Shown in pieces: positions 20,701-30,653 of a DNA stretch of 64,000 nucleotides. Numbering within the stretch: position 1 is the stretch's first letter; the number at the start of each line of letters is the position of its first letter. The notes beneath the pieces are model-generated. The model was not told where the DNA came from. It ran no database searches and saw only the letters and a list, made by a program, of their open reading frames with translations. The stretch is from a virus, in IMG/VR virus record IMGVR_UViG_3300023174_000087, positions 32,001 to 96,000 of that record. One strand, given 5' to 3'. The position numbers and the translations under genes were made by a program.

Positions 20701-23565
20701 GGAATTTCACAAGATGATGCAAAATACAAAGATTCATTAGCAGCAAAAATTGCAACCTATCTTTCAAAAGGACCCCAACAAAGAGCAGTTGATTCTTTAA
20801 TACCATATCTAGATCCAACAATACCTTCAAAAACTGGAAATGGTGCAGGTGGTGGTGGTGGCGGAACAAGAGATGCAACTTATGATGATTTATTAAAGCG
20901 TTTGAGAAATGTTCGACTGGCTGCACTTAATGCAGCAGGAGGTTTTAAAGAACTTGAAAAAGCCATAGCAGCATCTGGAAGTAAAGCAATCAAGAATCAG
21001 TTTAATGGTTTAGAGCAACAACTTATTAAACTTGGAAAGTCTACTCAATTTTCTGATTATTTGGCGGGACTTGATCAAAAAGAATTAAATGTAATGGGCA
21101 AGGCTGCAACTAAAAATGGCATTGATCCAAATACAGGTAAAAAGAAAAAGGGTGTAAAGGCTGGAGACTTTATTCTTAGTGATAAAGGTCAAAAGATGGA
21201 AAAGGGCTTTGATAAAGCCGTTATAGGAGATTACAATAAAGAGCAGTTAAAATCTGTAACATTGGCCAAGCAGGAGATTGCAGCAAGAGGAAAACTTTTA
21301 GCACTGGGCTTTAAAGAAGTAGATATTCAGACAATGCTTGCAGATGAAAACTATAAGACACTTATTGCCACAGGCAAAGTAACTGATGCAGAATTAAAAA
21401 CAAATGCTGCACTAACCCAGCAAGCAAGAATTAGAAATCAAATTAATGGCGCAGTTGCTGGACAAAAAGAGTTGCAAAAAACTACAGAAAATCAAAAAAG
21501 AATTCCAGAAGTTATAAAAATGATGCAACAGGCAGGAATGGATGCAGAAGCAATCCGTGCAGCAATATCAGATCCAGCAATGTTAGATACGTTAATAACT
21601 GGAATGGATAATTTTGCTACTTTGGCCAAAGATGCTCAAGCAGAATTTAATCATCTATTGTCACAGATTAATGAAATTCCAGAAAGAAAAATTGTTGAAA
21701 TTGCTTTTACTCAAACAAGAGAAGAAAAAATAATTAATGCTGCAAATGCCGCAGCAGAAATGTTTGATGCCTATAAGATGATTGATGAAAATACAATAAA
21801 GAATGCACAAGGAAATACTTATGCCAGCATTCAAACTCAGATGGATAACTTAAACAATCAAGCAAAAATTGTTCAAGACAGCATAAATATAACACAATCA
21901 CAGATTGATACTCTTCAGCAAGAAGTAGATAAAGATCAAAGAAATATAGAAACAAACTTTACTCGTCCAATTGAAGCAAAGCAAAGAGCAATTGAAAAAC
22001 TAAATCGTACAGCAGAAATGAATTTTGTTCGTCCAATACAAACACTTCAAGATAGATCTGCTATTTTATCTCATGATTTAGAAGTAATGAGCCATGCAGC
22101 AGATCAGATTAATGAAAAATATGATAAGCAACAAGAAGCCCTTGCCAAGGTTTCTGAAATTAACCAACAAATTATTGAACAACAACAGCAACAACTTGGG
22201 TTAGCAGATGCATTATCCTCTGGAGATATTTCAGCAGCAGCAAAGGCTGTACAAGGAATGCGATCAACAAGTGCATCAAACTATGCACAAAATGCTGATA
22301 AGGCTTTGCAACAAGCAAGACAAAATGAAATTGATGGACTACGTGGTGGAGTAAGTGGAAAATCACAAAAAGATATTCAAGAAGAACAATATCAAATTGG
22401 GCAACAGGTTTATGATCTTGAACAAAAGAAGGCTGCCATTGATGTAGAGATACTTAAGATTCAGGATGAAATTTATAGTCTAGAGCAATCAAGACAAGTA
22501 GCACTTGATGCAATTCAAGTTAAAACAGATGCAATTGCTAAACTTCAATACGGAACACTTCTTGATCAGCAAAACCAACTTAAAACAATAAACGATCAAA
22601 ACCTTAAGTTACAGTTACAGAGTGATGTTCTTGCATTGCAAATAAGTCAAAATGATGCAAACAGAATTATTCAAGGCCAAACTAGAGCAGAGTGGGATCT
22701 TACATTAAAAGCAGCCCAGGCCGCAGAAAAACTTGCAAAGGGGGATCTTGCTCTTGCACTTGCTGGAATCAATACGGTTTCTGGTACAGTAAAGGGCGCA
22801 TGGGACTCTATCAAATCATCTTATGATGCAATCAAAGATAAATCCATTACCATAACTCAACATATTGTTACTACATATGGAACAGCACTTGGTTTACCAC
22901 CAGTCACACCAACAGTTCCACCGCCTTCAGGAGATCCAGCAAAGGCTCCAGGATCTGCTTGGGTTTCTGATGGCAACGGTGGCTGGAAGCAACCAACAAA
23001 ACCTGCTGGGGATTATGGTTGGGATGATAATCAAGGTTGGGTAAAGGGTTATTATAAAGATGATGCTAATATACCACAGCCAGGATCACAAACAGATTCA
23101 GCAGCAGAAGCAAATATGAGAGCAAAAGCACTTGAAGAAACAGCAAGAAGAGAAAAAGAAGCAGCAGACGCTAAAGTACAGGCAGAGGCTCTTGCATTGC
23201 TAAAAGCAAAAGAAGCAGCCTCAGCAAAAGCAGATCGCATTGCAACTGGATTTGGCTGGTATGGATTTGCTAAAGGTGGAATAGTTCCAAAATATTTTGC
23301 ATCAGGTGGTTTTGCTCGTGGAACAGATACAGTTCCAGCAATGCTAACCCCAGGAGAATTTGTAATGAGTAGATATGCTGTAAATAGCCATGGCATAAAT
23401 AATATGAGTGCTTTAAATTCAGGAACATCAATGGGCGATTCAGTGTATAATTATAACTTAAATGTAAGTGTAAGATCAGATGCTAGTCCAGACGAAATTG
23501 CAAGAACGGTAATGGCACAAATAAAGCAAGTAGACTCACAAAGAATTAAGGGGAATAGACTATAA
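14794..23565 (+). CDS. Tape measure protein (TP901-type core)
   Basis: 2923 aa, Ala/Gln/Lys helical; ASEGANALKS core motif; two DTVPA.LTPGEFV motifs. Confidence 0.93.
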   Translation: MSDVNANIGIHFDTANALAQLRQLQAGLSKFNQSLTEGNVASANAQKGLNAQLMQSINATGKFVASQRSIASSTASFTDALEKNKLSMGQYFKYTSAAASLNSKMLQGFFTKEKEILNRASKDRVKALQTQYVQLTNANGELVKVLQVVPKHLQMVNGQYADYATRTQMAAQRQQFLNQLLKQGSTQLLNFGKNTQWAGRQLMVGLTIPLVMLGSTAAKTFRDMEQATVKFQRVYGDMLTSVADTDKAVEGIKVLAKEFTKYGVAATDTMNLAAQAAAMGLTGAALQEQVTSATKLAVLGQVDQQQALETTISLQNAFGISSEQLAQKINFLNAVENQTVLSIEDLTVAIPKAGPVVKQLGGSVEDLAFFMTAMKEGGINASEGANALKSGLASMINPSKKASDMLASLGVNIKGIVNANAGDLKGTVVGFARALDTLAPLERSRAIEQLFGKFQFARLSTLFQNITKDGSQAAKAFGLAGASVEELAILSERELGKVENAVGVKFQKQIENLKIQLMPIGKAFLEAVTPIVQFAGKMLEKFNNLSDGTKKFVVGFIAVLGGIAPAVLMTVGLVANGAANLIKFFAMLRGGMAKLNGQNNVLGGGFDYLTQQEIENLTQSQALHTSHKQLIETFNVESTSVNLLATAYANAASQARSLASGSPGLFNGSPGAVGAVSGLPKKFASGGVVPGTGNGDTVPALLTPGEFVVTKDVVKQNPELIAALSNKNVQKFVDGGIVGGNSMFLQKERDRIANLDDSQLIAYASKVGVDIADTSKTALEDIRKMISSEFEKILQDVQSKFGKITQSGITEVGKKFDPEKGSSRMGAYYPKFDQLQGQEFSHVGQTKAVDATYGDNLNLIPQARNQVELIKKFYGDGGGSGEMPQLKVADAHGFMLKGKLNNAMSTLGKSASYEKANGAGSLGKDFQADFEKTGAEKWRAMTTMMGGDFDQLKSQAEVYDKLLIDKLSKWNSENLAKPIPQIFDDATFKQIESQVTADMQTLAPEFSKIVDQAKESITAIRISLGNDFEEVNAMLKANGAGTLGTNPNNAKILNYEARPDNAKLLGTMQEGASLGDAAVKGVRSKSGTDAGSPSKKAKSAGEEVGDGLIEGMKSKEAEVQSQSSKLGNAAVPTEKEIRDGAIKSVKKSAKKASKSRNSVKDSNTSTMVVDAENVSVSQDIVKSKKKQLALSDETVLAQQAQTQGTITAAELTQAASLNLGDSASSAEQINTAQQDMLNSSIESSNLEDLSVVEKQKQVELLKRYNAEMAAQVAGVQIPIGSQTNGINPSTALSSVDAYELASTYTRDKNGSILMDPETGNPTSMSKKQITQKKRGMRREKAGKYSGKAAGALGVATMAAGAVGAPPAVTGALGAASTVASMAPALAGMGPVGWTVAGIAALGAGAYMLNQHFNKIAEASAKLATATSATRESMKKMGELTGKVGASQIMDKRRSTTQYGKYSESLKLDRTFGNTFLGSDLGKQEKKTFKENSSKFGVEQATSDLALKLSAQVADGVLGKDQAESIAAALALSLKNQKIEMQVTGKMRTILGPDGEDLKDKPLKTRVLLIATARQRSEKALKTIETKRENGDSARKDIAALAAYNINNLELATMQADAVQYEYETQKKKLEIEIASTANAQRKVELETQLGTLNSNNLKNTETMNNQVLMNIKQAELDFQKVYSGSVLGSQANREDAFFDASRTTVTNAYKGTDQEKSASNFLKNTKQLETGATSGTYNSKTSLYEKNGLGTARAAQTFQAKMELLVGGKVISPDEANSWMKMFKGKLNELDLAINTSIKLNGAGKTKELFNMFSGFRNKKVATNMIQQILLTKKNPAEFDAIMETLKNLQALDGTAIDMEVLIKSIGLSGVDKIKKEFEQIEALKEKAKKEGKKIDLEEVKKKGGTVNPAIEALQKDTKAYKKFTDLNVEQQGEYLQKLTAAYAYQSQLTDTQLEEEAATWAAAQLWEEGISQDDAKYKDSLAAKIATYLSKGPQQRAVDSLIPYLDPTIPSKTGNGAGGGGGGTRDATYDDLLKRLRNVRLAALNAAGGFKELEKAIAASGSKAIKNQFNGLEQQLIKLGKSTQFSDYLAGLDQKELNVMGKAATKNGIDPNTGKKKKGVKAGDFILSDKGQKMEKGFDKAVIGDYNKEQLKSVTLAKQEIAARGKLLALGFKEVDIQTMLADENYKTLIATGKVTDAELKTNAALTQQARIRNQINGAVAGQKELQKTTENQKRIPEVIKMMQQAGMDAEAIRAAISDPAMLDTLITGMDNFATLAKDAQAEFNHLLSQINEIPERKIVEIAFTQTREEKIINAANAAAEMFDAYKMIDENTIKNAQGNTYASIQTQMDNLNNQAKIVQDSINITQSQIDTLQQEVDKDQRNIETNFTRPIEAKQRAIEKLNRTAEMNFVRPIQTLQDRSAILSHDLEVMSHAADQINEKYDKQQEALAKVSEINQQIIEQQQQQLGLADALSSGDISAAAKAVQGMRSTSASNYAQNADKALQQARQNEIDGLRGGVSGKSQKDIQEEQYQIGQQVYDLEQKKAAIDVEILKIQDEIYSLEQSRQVALDAIQVKTDAIAKLQYGTLLDQQNQLKTINDQNLKLQLQSDVLALQISQNDANRIIQGQTRAEWDLTLKAAQAAEKLAKGDLALALAGINTVSGTVKGAWDSIKSSYDAIKDKSITITQHIVTTYGTALGLPPVTPTVPPPSGDPAKAPGSAWVSDGNGGWKQPTKPAGDYGWDDNQGWVKGYYKDDANIPQPGSQTDSAAEANMRAKALEETARREKEAADAKVQAEALALLKAKEAASAKADRIATGFGWYGFAKGGIVPKYFASGGFARGTDTVPAMLTPGEFVMSRYAVNSHGINNMSALNSGTSMGDSVYNYNLNVSVRSDASPDEIARTVMAQIKQVDSQRIKGNRL

Positions 23566-24224
23566 TGGCATCAGCATCATATTTATCGGGAAGAAAAAAA
23601 TATGGCAGACCACAAGCAGCCTTATGGTCAAATAATGCTGGAACCCTAGTAAATGGTGTATATATACCAACAGGATATGAAATAGGTGCAGATCAAACTG
23701 GCGCTTTAAGTCAATCATATTTAGATCAATTTTTAATATTGTCTGATCACAATAGATCTCCAATTAATGTTGGAAATGAAAGAATTGAAAAACGTGAAAG
23801 AATGATTAATGGAAGAATGCGCTCTTATCATGTTGCCGATAAACTTAAATTTGATTTTAGTTGGGATATGTTGCCATCCAGGTCTTATGCAGGAGTTCCT
23901 GAATTTAATAAAGATACTGGCAAAAGTTCTATGTTTGGTGGATCTGGTCTATCAACTGGGCCAGACTCAGAGTACACCATTGATGGTGGTGCAGGTGGAG
24001 CAGAATTATTAGACTGGTACGAAAATCATACTGGGTCATTTTGGATGTTTTTAGCATATGATAAATATACAAACTTTGGATCAGACGATAATGCATACGG
24101 ACATCTTGCACAGTATAATCAAATAGTTGAGGTTTTCTTTTCAAAGTTTGACTATTCTGTACAAAAAAGAGGAAATTCTAATATGGATCTTTGGAATGTA
24201 TCTGTGTCTTTGGAAGAAGTTTAA
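23565..24224 (+). CDS. Minor tail protein (distal-tail-like)
   Basis: Immediately after the tape measure; RMINGRMR, C-terminal WNVSVSLEEV. Confidence 0.65.
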   Translation: MASASYLSGRKKYGRPQAALWSNNAGTLVNGVYIPTGYEIGADQTGALSQSYLDQFLILSDHNRSPINVGNERIEKRERMINGRMRSYHVADKLKFDFSWDMLPSRSYAGVPEFNKDTGKSSMFGGSGLSTGPDSEYTIDGGAGGAELLDWYENHTGSFWMFLAYDKYTNFGSDDNAYGHLAQYNQIVEVFFSKFDYSVQKRGNSNMDLWNVSVSLEEV

Positions 24225-27200
24225 TGTTTGATAACAAAGAACTTCAAGATCACTTGGAACAATCATCAACAGTAAAAACCCAATCTGCTGTAATTGCAGA
24301 GTGGAACATGAATATTCCCACAAACATTTTAAAAATCGGAAACTATAGATATAGACCAACAGTTACAGATTCAAAATACTCACTATTACCTAACACATTT
24401 GATCCAAATGATGCTGGAAATTATTACACAGATGCTACTGATGCAGATATCACCATTGACGGCGGTATTGAAGATTCAGGGCTTCCCATATCTTTAACCA
24501 CCAAAAAAGATAAATTAAAAATGTTATATTCATTAGAGGATTGTTTTAAACAATTTAGACCTAGATCTGGAATTAATAAGGCTAAGTATTTTAGTGGATT
24601 ATTCTTGCACCATGCCAATATGCAAATGGCTGATAGACCAAGATATTATATGTCAGATAGGCAAGACATTTTTAAATATTGGACATCCTTTAGAACTGAG
24701 TCTGGCAGCGAATATGGTATTGCAAATAAAACATCTAACGGACAAAGAATAATTGAAGACTCTGTTCCATTTGTTGTTTACAAAGAAACAATTCCAGCAA
24801 ACAGAATTGTTGTGAAGATGCAAACTCATATTGGAAGCGTTGATCTTGGAAATATTGTTTATAATTCAAAATCAATACCAGACCCACTATACGGAGATGC
24901 AAATAAATCAACCCCACTTAAATGGAAGATACAGGTGCTCAAAGGTTCTAACTGGGTAGATGGTTTATCTTTTGCTGTAGGAGAACTTAGAGCAAACGGA
25001 AAACCTATAATTGGTTCAGATGGATATGTAGAACTATCGTATGGTCTAAAGATTCCACAAAAATATAAAAGCAATTTTATTTTTGCAGAAAGGCTTTCTT
25101 CAGAAACACTTTTGCCAGAAACAAATATAGATGGATATGCCTATTTAATTGTTTCAAATAGCAATACTCGTGGTACATTTCATATTTGGAATAAAACAAT
25201 GTATGAAACTTTTTCTCCAGAATATACTTGGCAATTAGCAGAAGATGTTGTTGATAGTTTTACAAACTTTGTCACAGACCTTACATCCCCAGACTATTAT
25301 AATTCAACCACTGATAATTCATTAAAGTACCGTGAGTTTGAATATATTCGTGGTGTTCGAGTTGTTGTTGATTCAATGACAAAAGCAGATGCAACATTTG
25401 ATTTGATTGAAATATCTCCAAGACTTTCAGTCAATTTAACAGATAAAGTTTTACAGTATTCTGTAAATAAAAGTGCATCAGATCTTGGAGTAAGCGGTTT
25501 ACCAGTTGGACAATTACTTGCTTCAACTGGAAGCATAAAACTTTTTGACTACGATGATTCATTTAATCAAAATAACTCTAATAGTATAATTAAAAACTAT
25601 GTCTCAAGGCACATACAGTTTAAGTTATACGAAGTGATTGTAGATATAAATGGATACGATTATTATGTTCCATTAAAAACTTTGTATTCTGAAGACTTTC
25701 CAAAAATATCAAATGCTGATAGAACTGTAGAACTTAGTTTAAGGGATATGTTTTTTTATCTTGAGTCTATTACTGCTCCACAAATTTTAATGACAAATGT
25801 ATCTATAAGTTCTGCAGTCTCCCTTCTTCTTGACTATGTAGGTTTTTCAAATTATTCTTTTAAAAGGGTAAACGGAGAATCTGAAGTTACAATTCCTTAT
25901 TTTTTTATTCCACCCGATATGACAGTTGCACAAGTATTACAAGACCTTGCTGTATCAACACAAACAGCAATGTTCTTTGATGAATATAATAATTTTATAA
26001 TGATGAGTAAAAATTATACTATGCCTTTAGAGTCAGAGAGATCAACAAGCATAACACTTTATGGAACTAAAGACTTTGAAGATCAAGGGGTTCGTGAAAA
26101 TTACCCATTAAATAATAAACTAACAAATATTATAGAATTAAGCAATCAAGACTCAAAAGTATATAATGATGGATCAATCAATTATACTTCAAGATATATT
26201 CAAAGATCTGTTGGTTCCATAAAACAGGCGGGATTAATTGATAATGAAAAAACATGGATATATAAGCCAGTATTGCTATGGGAAGTTACGGGAACAGATA
26301 ATACAAAATCCGTAAATGGTCAAGTTGGAAATCAGTCAACATATGTTCTTGGTGCTATTGCATTAAATTCTGATCTATCAAATTTGGTGCCATATGTTTC
26401 AAACAATAAAATTTTAAATAATACTATCGACTTTGGTGAGTCAGTGTATTGGATGACAAGATATAATGGGTATTTTTATGCAAATGGAGAAGTTATTAAA
26501 TTTGATGCAGTTGAGTATAATGTTGCTGGTGTTGGAAATGTTTGGATTTCGGATGTACAGGAGTATCAGACTTATTTTTCAAAAATACCATTTAACGGAA
26601 AAATTTATCCAACAGGTCTTGTAAGAATATACTCAGAGCCAAATTATCAAGAAGTAAATGGTGTTTTAAAATTTAAAAATGGTGACGTTGCAAAACATGG
26701 ACGAGGACAGTTTGGAACATCTATTGTAAATCATTATGCTGGACTATCTACACATTGGACAGACAGTGAAAATCTTCGTGGTTGCACCATGACTGGAGAT
26801 GTTCTATTTAGTTCTATTGCAACAGAACTACCACAACCAGAAACAGGGCTATCAGTTGCAGCAGCAGGTCTTTCTACTTTTATAAATAGTGGCACACCAC
26901 CTGAAACTGAACAGCCAACAAGTAATTCTATTTCTCAAAAAGCAACAAGAAATGGAATCATTAAAAACTTTTTGTCTTCAACATATATTGATCAATCAGT
27001 AACGAATAGACTGCAAAGCACACAATCTGGATCAATTCAATCATCAGCATTTGTTATGAACGGTCCAGCACTTACAACCTCTCCAAGACCAAAAGACTTT
27101 ATTTCTTATGTATACAAACCATTAGAAGATAAATTTAAGCATTTTGGAACAAGGGTTAGAATTATTGGAAAGATAGAAAACAATATGGATCGTGGTCAAA

Positions 27201-28555
27201 GTGCTATAGGCAGTTCAAACTACTATATTATTCCAGGCACGACTCCAGAAAAAAGCATTAGCATTTCTGGTGGATCTGGTGGAATGGCAGTTATGATTAA
27301 CCCAGATACAAATATCGGTTATTATTTTGAAATTGCAGCACTTGGTATTTCAGACATAAAAAAAACAGATACAAGCAATGTAAATAATGTTTTCTTTTAT
27401 AAACTTTTAAAAGATGCCAATGGCAATGCTGTACCAGTAAAACTGTGGGAAGGGCTGTCAAAGATTATTGTTGATGATGGAAATTTTGTTGGTCAATATA
27501 GGGTTGCTGCTGAAGAAAATCCAACGGTATACGATCTTTCAGTTGAATACCAAGATATAGGAAAGACAAGAAGGTTTTATTTATATATAAATAATACTTT
27601 AATTAAGACTGTTGATGATACAAACCCACTACCTATATACAAAAATATGGCTCTTTTTGTAAGAGGGGCTTCTAGACTTATGTTTGAAAATGTTTATGCA
27701 CTTACAAATAATTACTCTCAAAACACTACTTTTGCTTTAGACACACCAGTAAATTCAATATTTGATGGAAAAGAAATTAATGCCAACGACTCATTTAGAA
27801 AATATGCTATGAGTGGAATTGTGCAAGGAACTCACCTTTCGGGAATATCTTCTTCGGAGGGGCCAAAGTACAATATATACTTTGAAGAATTTGGAACAAT
27901 TATGAGAGAGGCAGCAGCATTTAACATTCGATACGATAAGGCATATCCTGCACTTTATGCAAAAATATCTCCAACTTTTAATAGGCTCAAAGGCTATACT
28001 GTTTCTGGTTTTAGATCTGGTTCTTATGGCGCAGAATTTTTAATATTTAATGCTACAGACACTGCTCTTAGTTTAGATGAAACATCTGGAAACTATTTAA
28101 GAATTCAGGGTATTACTTTTACTCAACAATCTCAAAATATTTTAAAGGTAGATGATTATTTTTCTAAATATTCAGATTTATCAGATCCAGATGTAAGTGG
28201 AACCACCGTTATTACATCTCCATTTAAAATAGCAAAAGATTATGAAGATATAAAATTAAGTAGAATGACTTATGGAAATAAAGCATTTAGTTTAAATGTT
28301 CCATATGTTCAAACGACAGATGATGCCAACAACCTAATGAAGTGGATGATTTCAAAAATAATGAAACCAAGAAGATCCATTGGTGTAAAGATTTTTGCTA
28401 ACCCAATGATTCAATTAGGAGATATAGTTTCAGTAGACTATACTGAAAATGAAATAAAAAAGGGTGGACCTTCTAGATATGTTGTATACAATATTGAGTA
28501 CTCAAAAGATAAAAATGGACCAAGCATGCAATTATTTTTAAGTGAGGTAGTTTAA
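24224..28555 (+). CDS. Large minor tail / baseplate hub protein
   Basis: Likely ATG 24224; MFFDEYNNF and C-terminal NPMIQLGDIV hub-like motifs. Confidence 0.7.
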   Translation: MFDNKELQDHLEQSSTVKTQSAVIAEWNMNIPTNILKIGNYRYRPTVTDSKYSLLPNTFDPNDAGNYYTDATDADITIDGGIEDSGLPISLTTKKDKLKMLYSLEDCFKQFRPRSGINKAKYFSGLFLHHANMQMADRPRYYMSDRQDIFKYWTSFRTESGSEYGIANKTSNGQRIIEDSVPFVVYKETIPANRIVVKMQTHIGSVDLGNIVYNSKSIPDPLYGDANKSTPLKWKIQVLKGSNWVDGLSFAVGELRANGKPIIGSDGYVELSYGLKIPQKYKSNFIFAERLSSETLLPETNIDGYAYLIVSNSNTRGTFHIWNKTMYETFSPEYTWQLAEDVVDSFTNFVTDLTSPDYYNSTTDNSLKYREFEYIRGVRVVVDSMTKADATFDLIEISPRLSVNLTDKVLQYSVNKSASDLGVSGLPVGQLLASTGSIKLFDYDDSFNQNNSNSIIKNYVSRHIQFKLYEVIVDINGYDYYVPLKTLYSEDFPKISNADRTVELSLRDMFFYLESITAPQILMTNVSISSAVSLLLDYVGFSNYSFKRVNGESEVTIPYFFIPPDMTVAQVLQDLAVSTQTAMFFDEYNNFIMMSKNYTMPLESERSTSITLYGTKDFEDQGVRENYPLNNKLTNIIELSNQDSKVYNDGSINYTSRYIQRSVGSIKQAGLIDNEKTWIYKPVLLWEVTGTDNTKSVNGQVGNQSTYVLGAIALNSDLSNLVPYVSNNKILNNTIDFGESVYWMTRYNGYFYANGEVIKFDAVEYNVAGVGNVWISDVQEYQTYFSKIPFNGKIYPTGLVRIYSEPNYQEVNGVLKFKNGDVAKHGRGQFGTSIVNHYAGLSTHWTDSENLRGCTMTGDVLFSSIATELPQPETGLSVAAAGLSTFINSGTPPETEQPTSNSISQKATRNGIIKNFLSSTYIDQSVTNRLQSTQSGSIQSSAFVMNGPALTTSPRPKDFISYVYKPLEDKFKHFGTRVRIIGKIENNMDRGQSAIGSSNYYIIPGTTPEKSISISGGSGGMAVMINPDTNIGYYFEIAALGISDIKKTDTSNVNNVFFYKLLKDANGNAVPVKLWEGLSKIIVDDGNFVGQYRVAAEENPTVYDLSVEYQDIGKTRRFYLYINNTLIKTVDDTNPLPIYKNMALFVRGASRLMFENVYALTNNYSQNTTFALDTPVNSIFDGKEINANDSFRKYAMSGIVQGTHLSGISSSEGPKYNIYFEEFGTIMREAAAFNIRYDKAYPALYAKISPTFNRLKGYTVSGFRSGSYGAEFLIFNATDTALSLDETSGNYLRIQGITFTQQSQNILKVDDYFSKYSDLSDPDVSGTTVITSPFKIAKDYEDIKLSRMTYGNKAFSLNVPYVQTTDDANNLMKWMISKIMKPRRSIGVKIFANPMIQLGDIVSVDYTENEIKKGGPSRYVVYNIEYSKDKNGPSMQLFLSEVV

Positions 28556-29046
28556 TGGCAACAGATGCAGTAGCAAATCAAGCAGCAAGTACTCCAAGCA
28601 CATCTTCTAATGGAGTAAAAATTGCAACACCAGATTTATTTATCTTTAAAGATGAAGTTGTACCTATTGAAATAATGACAGATCTTATTTTTGAAAATAT
28701 TGGTGGTCAAGAATTAATTACAATTTCAAGAAATGATATAATTTCTGGTCAGTCAATATATTATCAGCCAATTAAAAATATTAGTCATCTTTATATTCAA
28801 TATAATCCACAAAATATATTAAACTTGCAAGACACATCTGCAACCTTCTTTAAAAATTATCCTATTAAATTTGAAAAATCAATCCCAATATCGGGAACTG
28901 GCCCAAACGGTGAGATTGTTTATTTAGATCCAGTAACTGGTGATCTTGTGATAAACGTAATTAATCTTGAAAGTGATGAACAGGTAGATGTTCAAATTTT
29001 GATTGATGGCAAACTACTTAATGGTACAATATATGGGGCGGTATAA
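28555..29046 (+). CDS. Minor tail protein (putative)
   Basis: Synteny; translational coupling. Confidence 0.55.
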   Translation: MATDAVANQAASTPSTSSNGVKIATPDLFIFKDEVVPIEIMTDLIFENIGGQELITISRNDIISGQSIYYQPIKNISHLYIQYNPQNILNLQDTSATFFKNYPIKFEKSIPISGTGPNGEIVYLDPVTGDLVINVINLESDEQVDVQILIDGKLLNGTIYGAV

Positions 29047-29049
29047 AAA

Positions 29050-30207
29050 ATGATAACTAAAACAGGCAAAGGAATAATCACTAAATATCTTATTGGACAG
29101 GCACCAGCCTATGCTTCTTATGTTGCTGTAGGGTGTGGTCCTAATGCTATTAGCGGAAGTTTGGGTGATTACTCAGATCAGACATCCCTTGATTTTGAGA
29201 TGTTTCGTGTTCCAATTACATCAAGGGGTTTTGTAACTGAGGATGGCATAAATAAAGTTGTTTTGACAGCAGAACTACCTACAGAAGAAAGGTATGAAAT
29301 AACAGAAATTGGAATTTATTCTGCAGGATCAAATCCATCTGCTGGATCTTATGATAGCAGAAATCTTTTTTCTTTTACAGAAAATGAAAATTGGGAACAT
29401 CATACAAGCACGGCAGCAGGTGCAATTGATTCTATTACTACACCGTTAAATGAAGACAGTGGAAATAATACAATTACAACAACAAAAAAAGTTTTTCAAA
29501 CAAATGCAGATAATGTTGTCTTTACAAATACACAAAGACTAAACAGAAATGAAAGATGTAGGTTTTTAAATAATATTATTGTCATGTCTGGAGACTCATC
29601 TAAAATTGATTTGCTACCAAGCGGTAAACTTGATTTAGTATCTACATGGGGTACTGGACAAAATATTAAGAACTCTTCACATATACATCTTAATGGAACG
29701 CCTCCAGATTTTAATAAGCAATCTCCAAAAGATGAAATTCGTTTTGCATTTTCTGTAATTAATAAAAATGGAACAGATGGAACCAAGCCCAAAAAGATTA
29801 GATTAATGGTAGAGTTTGCAGAAGATGATGCTTACAGCGTAGGACAATATGCAAGATTTGAAGTAGATATTTCTCATATTGATAATGATCCAGTTTATGA
29901 TTTTTCAGATAATAGATATTTTGTTGTATCTAAAAAATTAGAAGAACTAACAAAGACTTCTGCTTTTTCTTGGGGATCTATGAAACTTGTAAAAATACAT
30001 GCATGCATTTTAGATCAAAACGATGAGCCATCTGAAAACTTTTTAGTTTGTCTTGATGCAATTAGATTAGAAAATACATATAGTCAAAATCCATTATATG
30101 GTCTTACAGGTTATTCTGTTGTAAAGAATACAAATGCAAGACCAATTATTAAGTCTGCAAACACATCAAATTTTATTGAGTTTAGATTTAATGTTGGTGT
30201 TGCGTAG
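29050..30207 (+). CDS. Minor tail protein
   Basis: MITKTGK...VAVGCG...EMFRVPI...ITEIGIY N-terminus typical of tail-tip/fibre-base proteins. Confidence 0.65.
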   Translation: MITKTGKGIITKYLIGQAPAYASYVAVGCGPNAISGSLGDYSDQTSLDFEMFRVPITSRGFVTEDGINKVVLTAELPTEERYEITEIGIYSAGSNPSAGSYDSRNLFSFTENENWEHHTSTAAGAIDSITTPLNEDSGNNTITTTKKVFQTNADNVVFTNTQRLNRNERCRFLNNIIVMSGDSSKIDLLPSGKLDLVSTWGTGQNIKNSSHIHLNGTPPDFNKQSPKDEIRFAFSVINKNGTDGTKPKKIRLMVEFAEDDAYSVGQYARFEVDISHIDNDPVYDFSDNRYFVVSKKLEELTKTSAFSWGSMKLVKIHACILDQNDEPSENFLVCLDAIRLENTYSQNPLYGLTGYSVVKNTNARPIIKSANTSNFIEFRFNVGVA

Positions 30208-30647
30208 TGGCAGACTCAAAAATAAAAAAGGTAGTTATACCAAAATCTAAACTACCATCAGTTAGTGGAAATGAAAAGGGCTATACTGTAAGATATAGAA
30301 TTGTTTCAGAAGATAAAAATAGAACATCTCACTGGTCAGCACAATATAAACTTGGTGTACAAAATCAAACTCCAATAGATTATGCAATATCTGTTGATAC
30401 TACTGGAAAAATAATCAATGTTGTTTGGACACCACCAACTGGATCAACAAGTATTTTTGATGTATATGTTAAATGGGATAATCAAGATTGGAAATCTGTT
30501 GGTCAGGTTTTATCTCCAAACTACTCTGCCCTAGTGCCAGTTGGGTCAACATCTGTAAAAGTTGCTGTTCAGATTCCAACATTTCCAAAAAGTAGATTTG
30601 TGTTTGCCACACTGTTTGAAACAACAGCAACCTCTGTAGTGGTATAA
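30207..30647 (+). CDS. Minor tail protein, Fn3/Ig-like (putative)
   Basis: YTVRYRIVS..NRTSHWS, VVWTPP, FDVYVKW. Confidence 0.5.
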   Translation: MADSKIKKVVIPKSKLPSVSGNEKGYTVRYRIVSEDKNRTSHWSAQYKLGVQNQTPIDYAISVDTTGKIINVVWTPPTGSTSIFDVYVKWDNQDWKSVGQVLSPNYSALVPVGSTSVKVAVQIPTFPKSRFVFATLFETTATSVVV

Positions 30648-30648
30648 T
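30640..30648 (+). promoter_or_regulatory. Extended -10 promoter TGGTATAAT (leaderless start 30654)
   Basis: Perfect consensus 5 nt before ATG. Confidence 0.7.
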
Positions 30649-30653
30649 AGATT

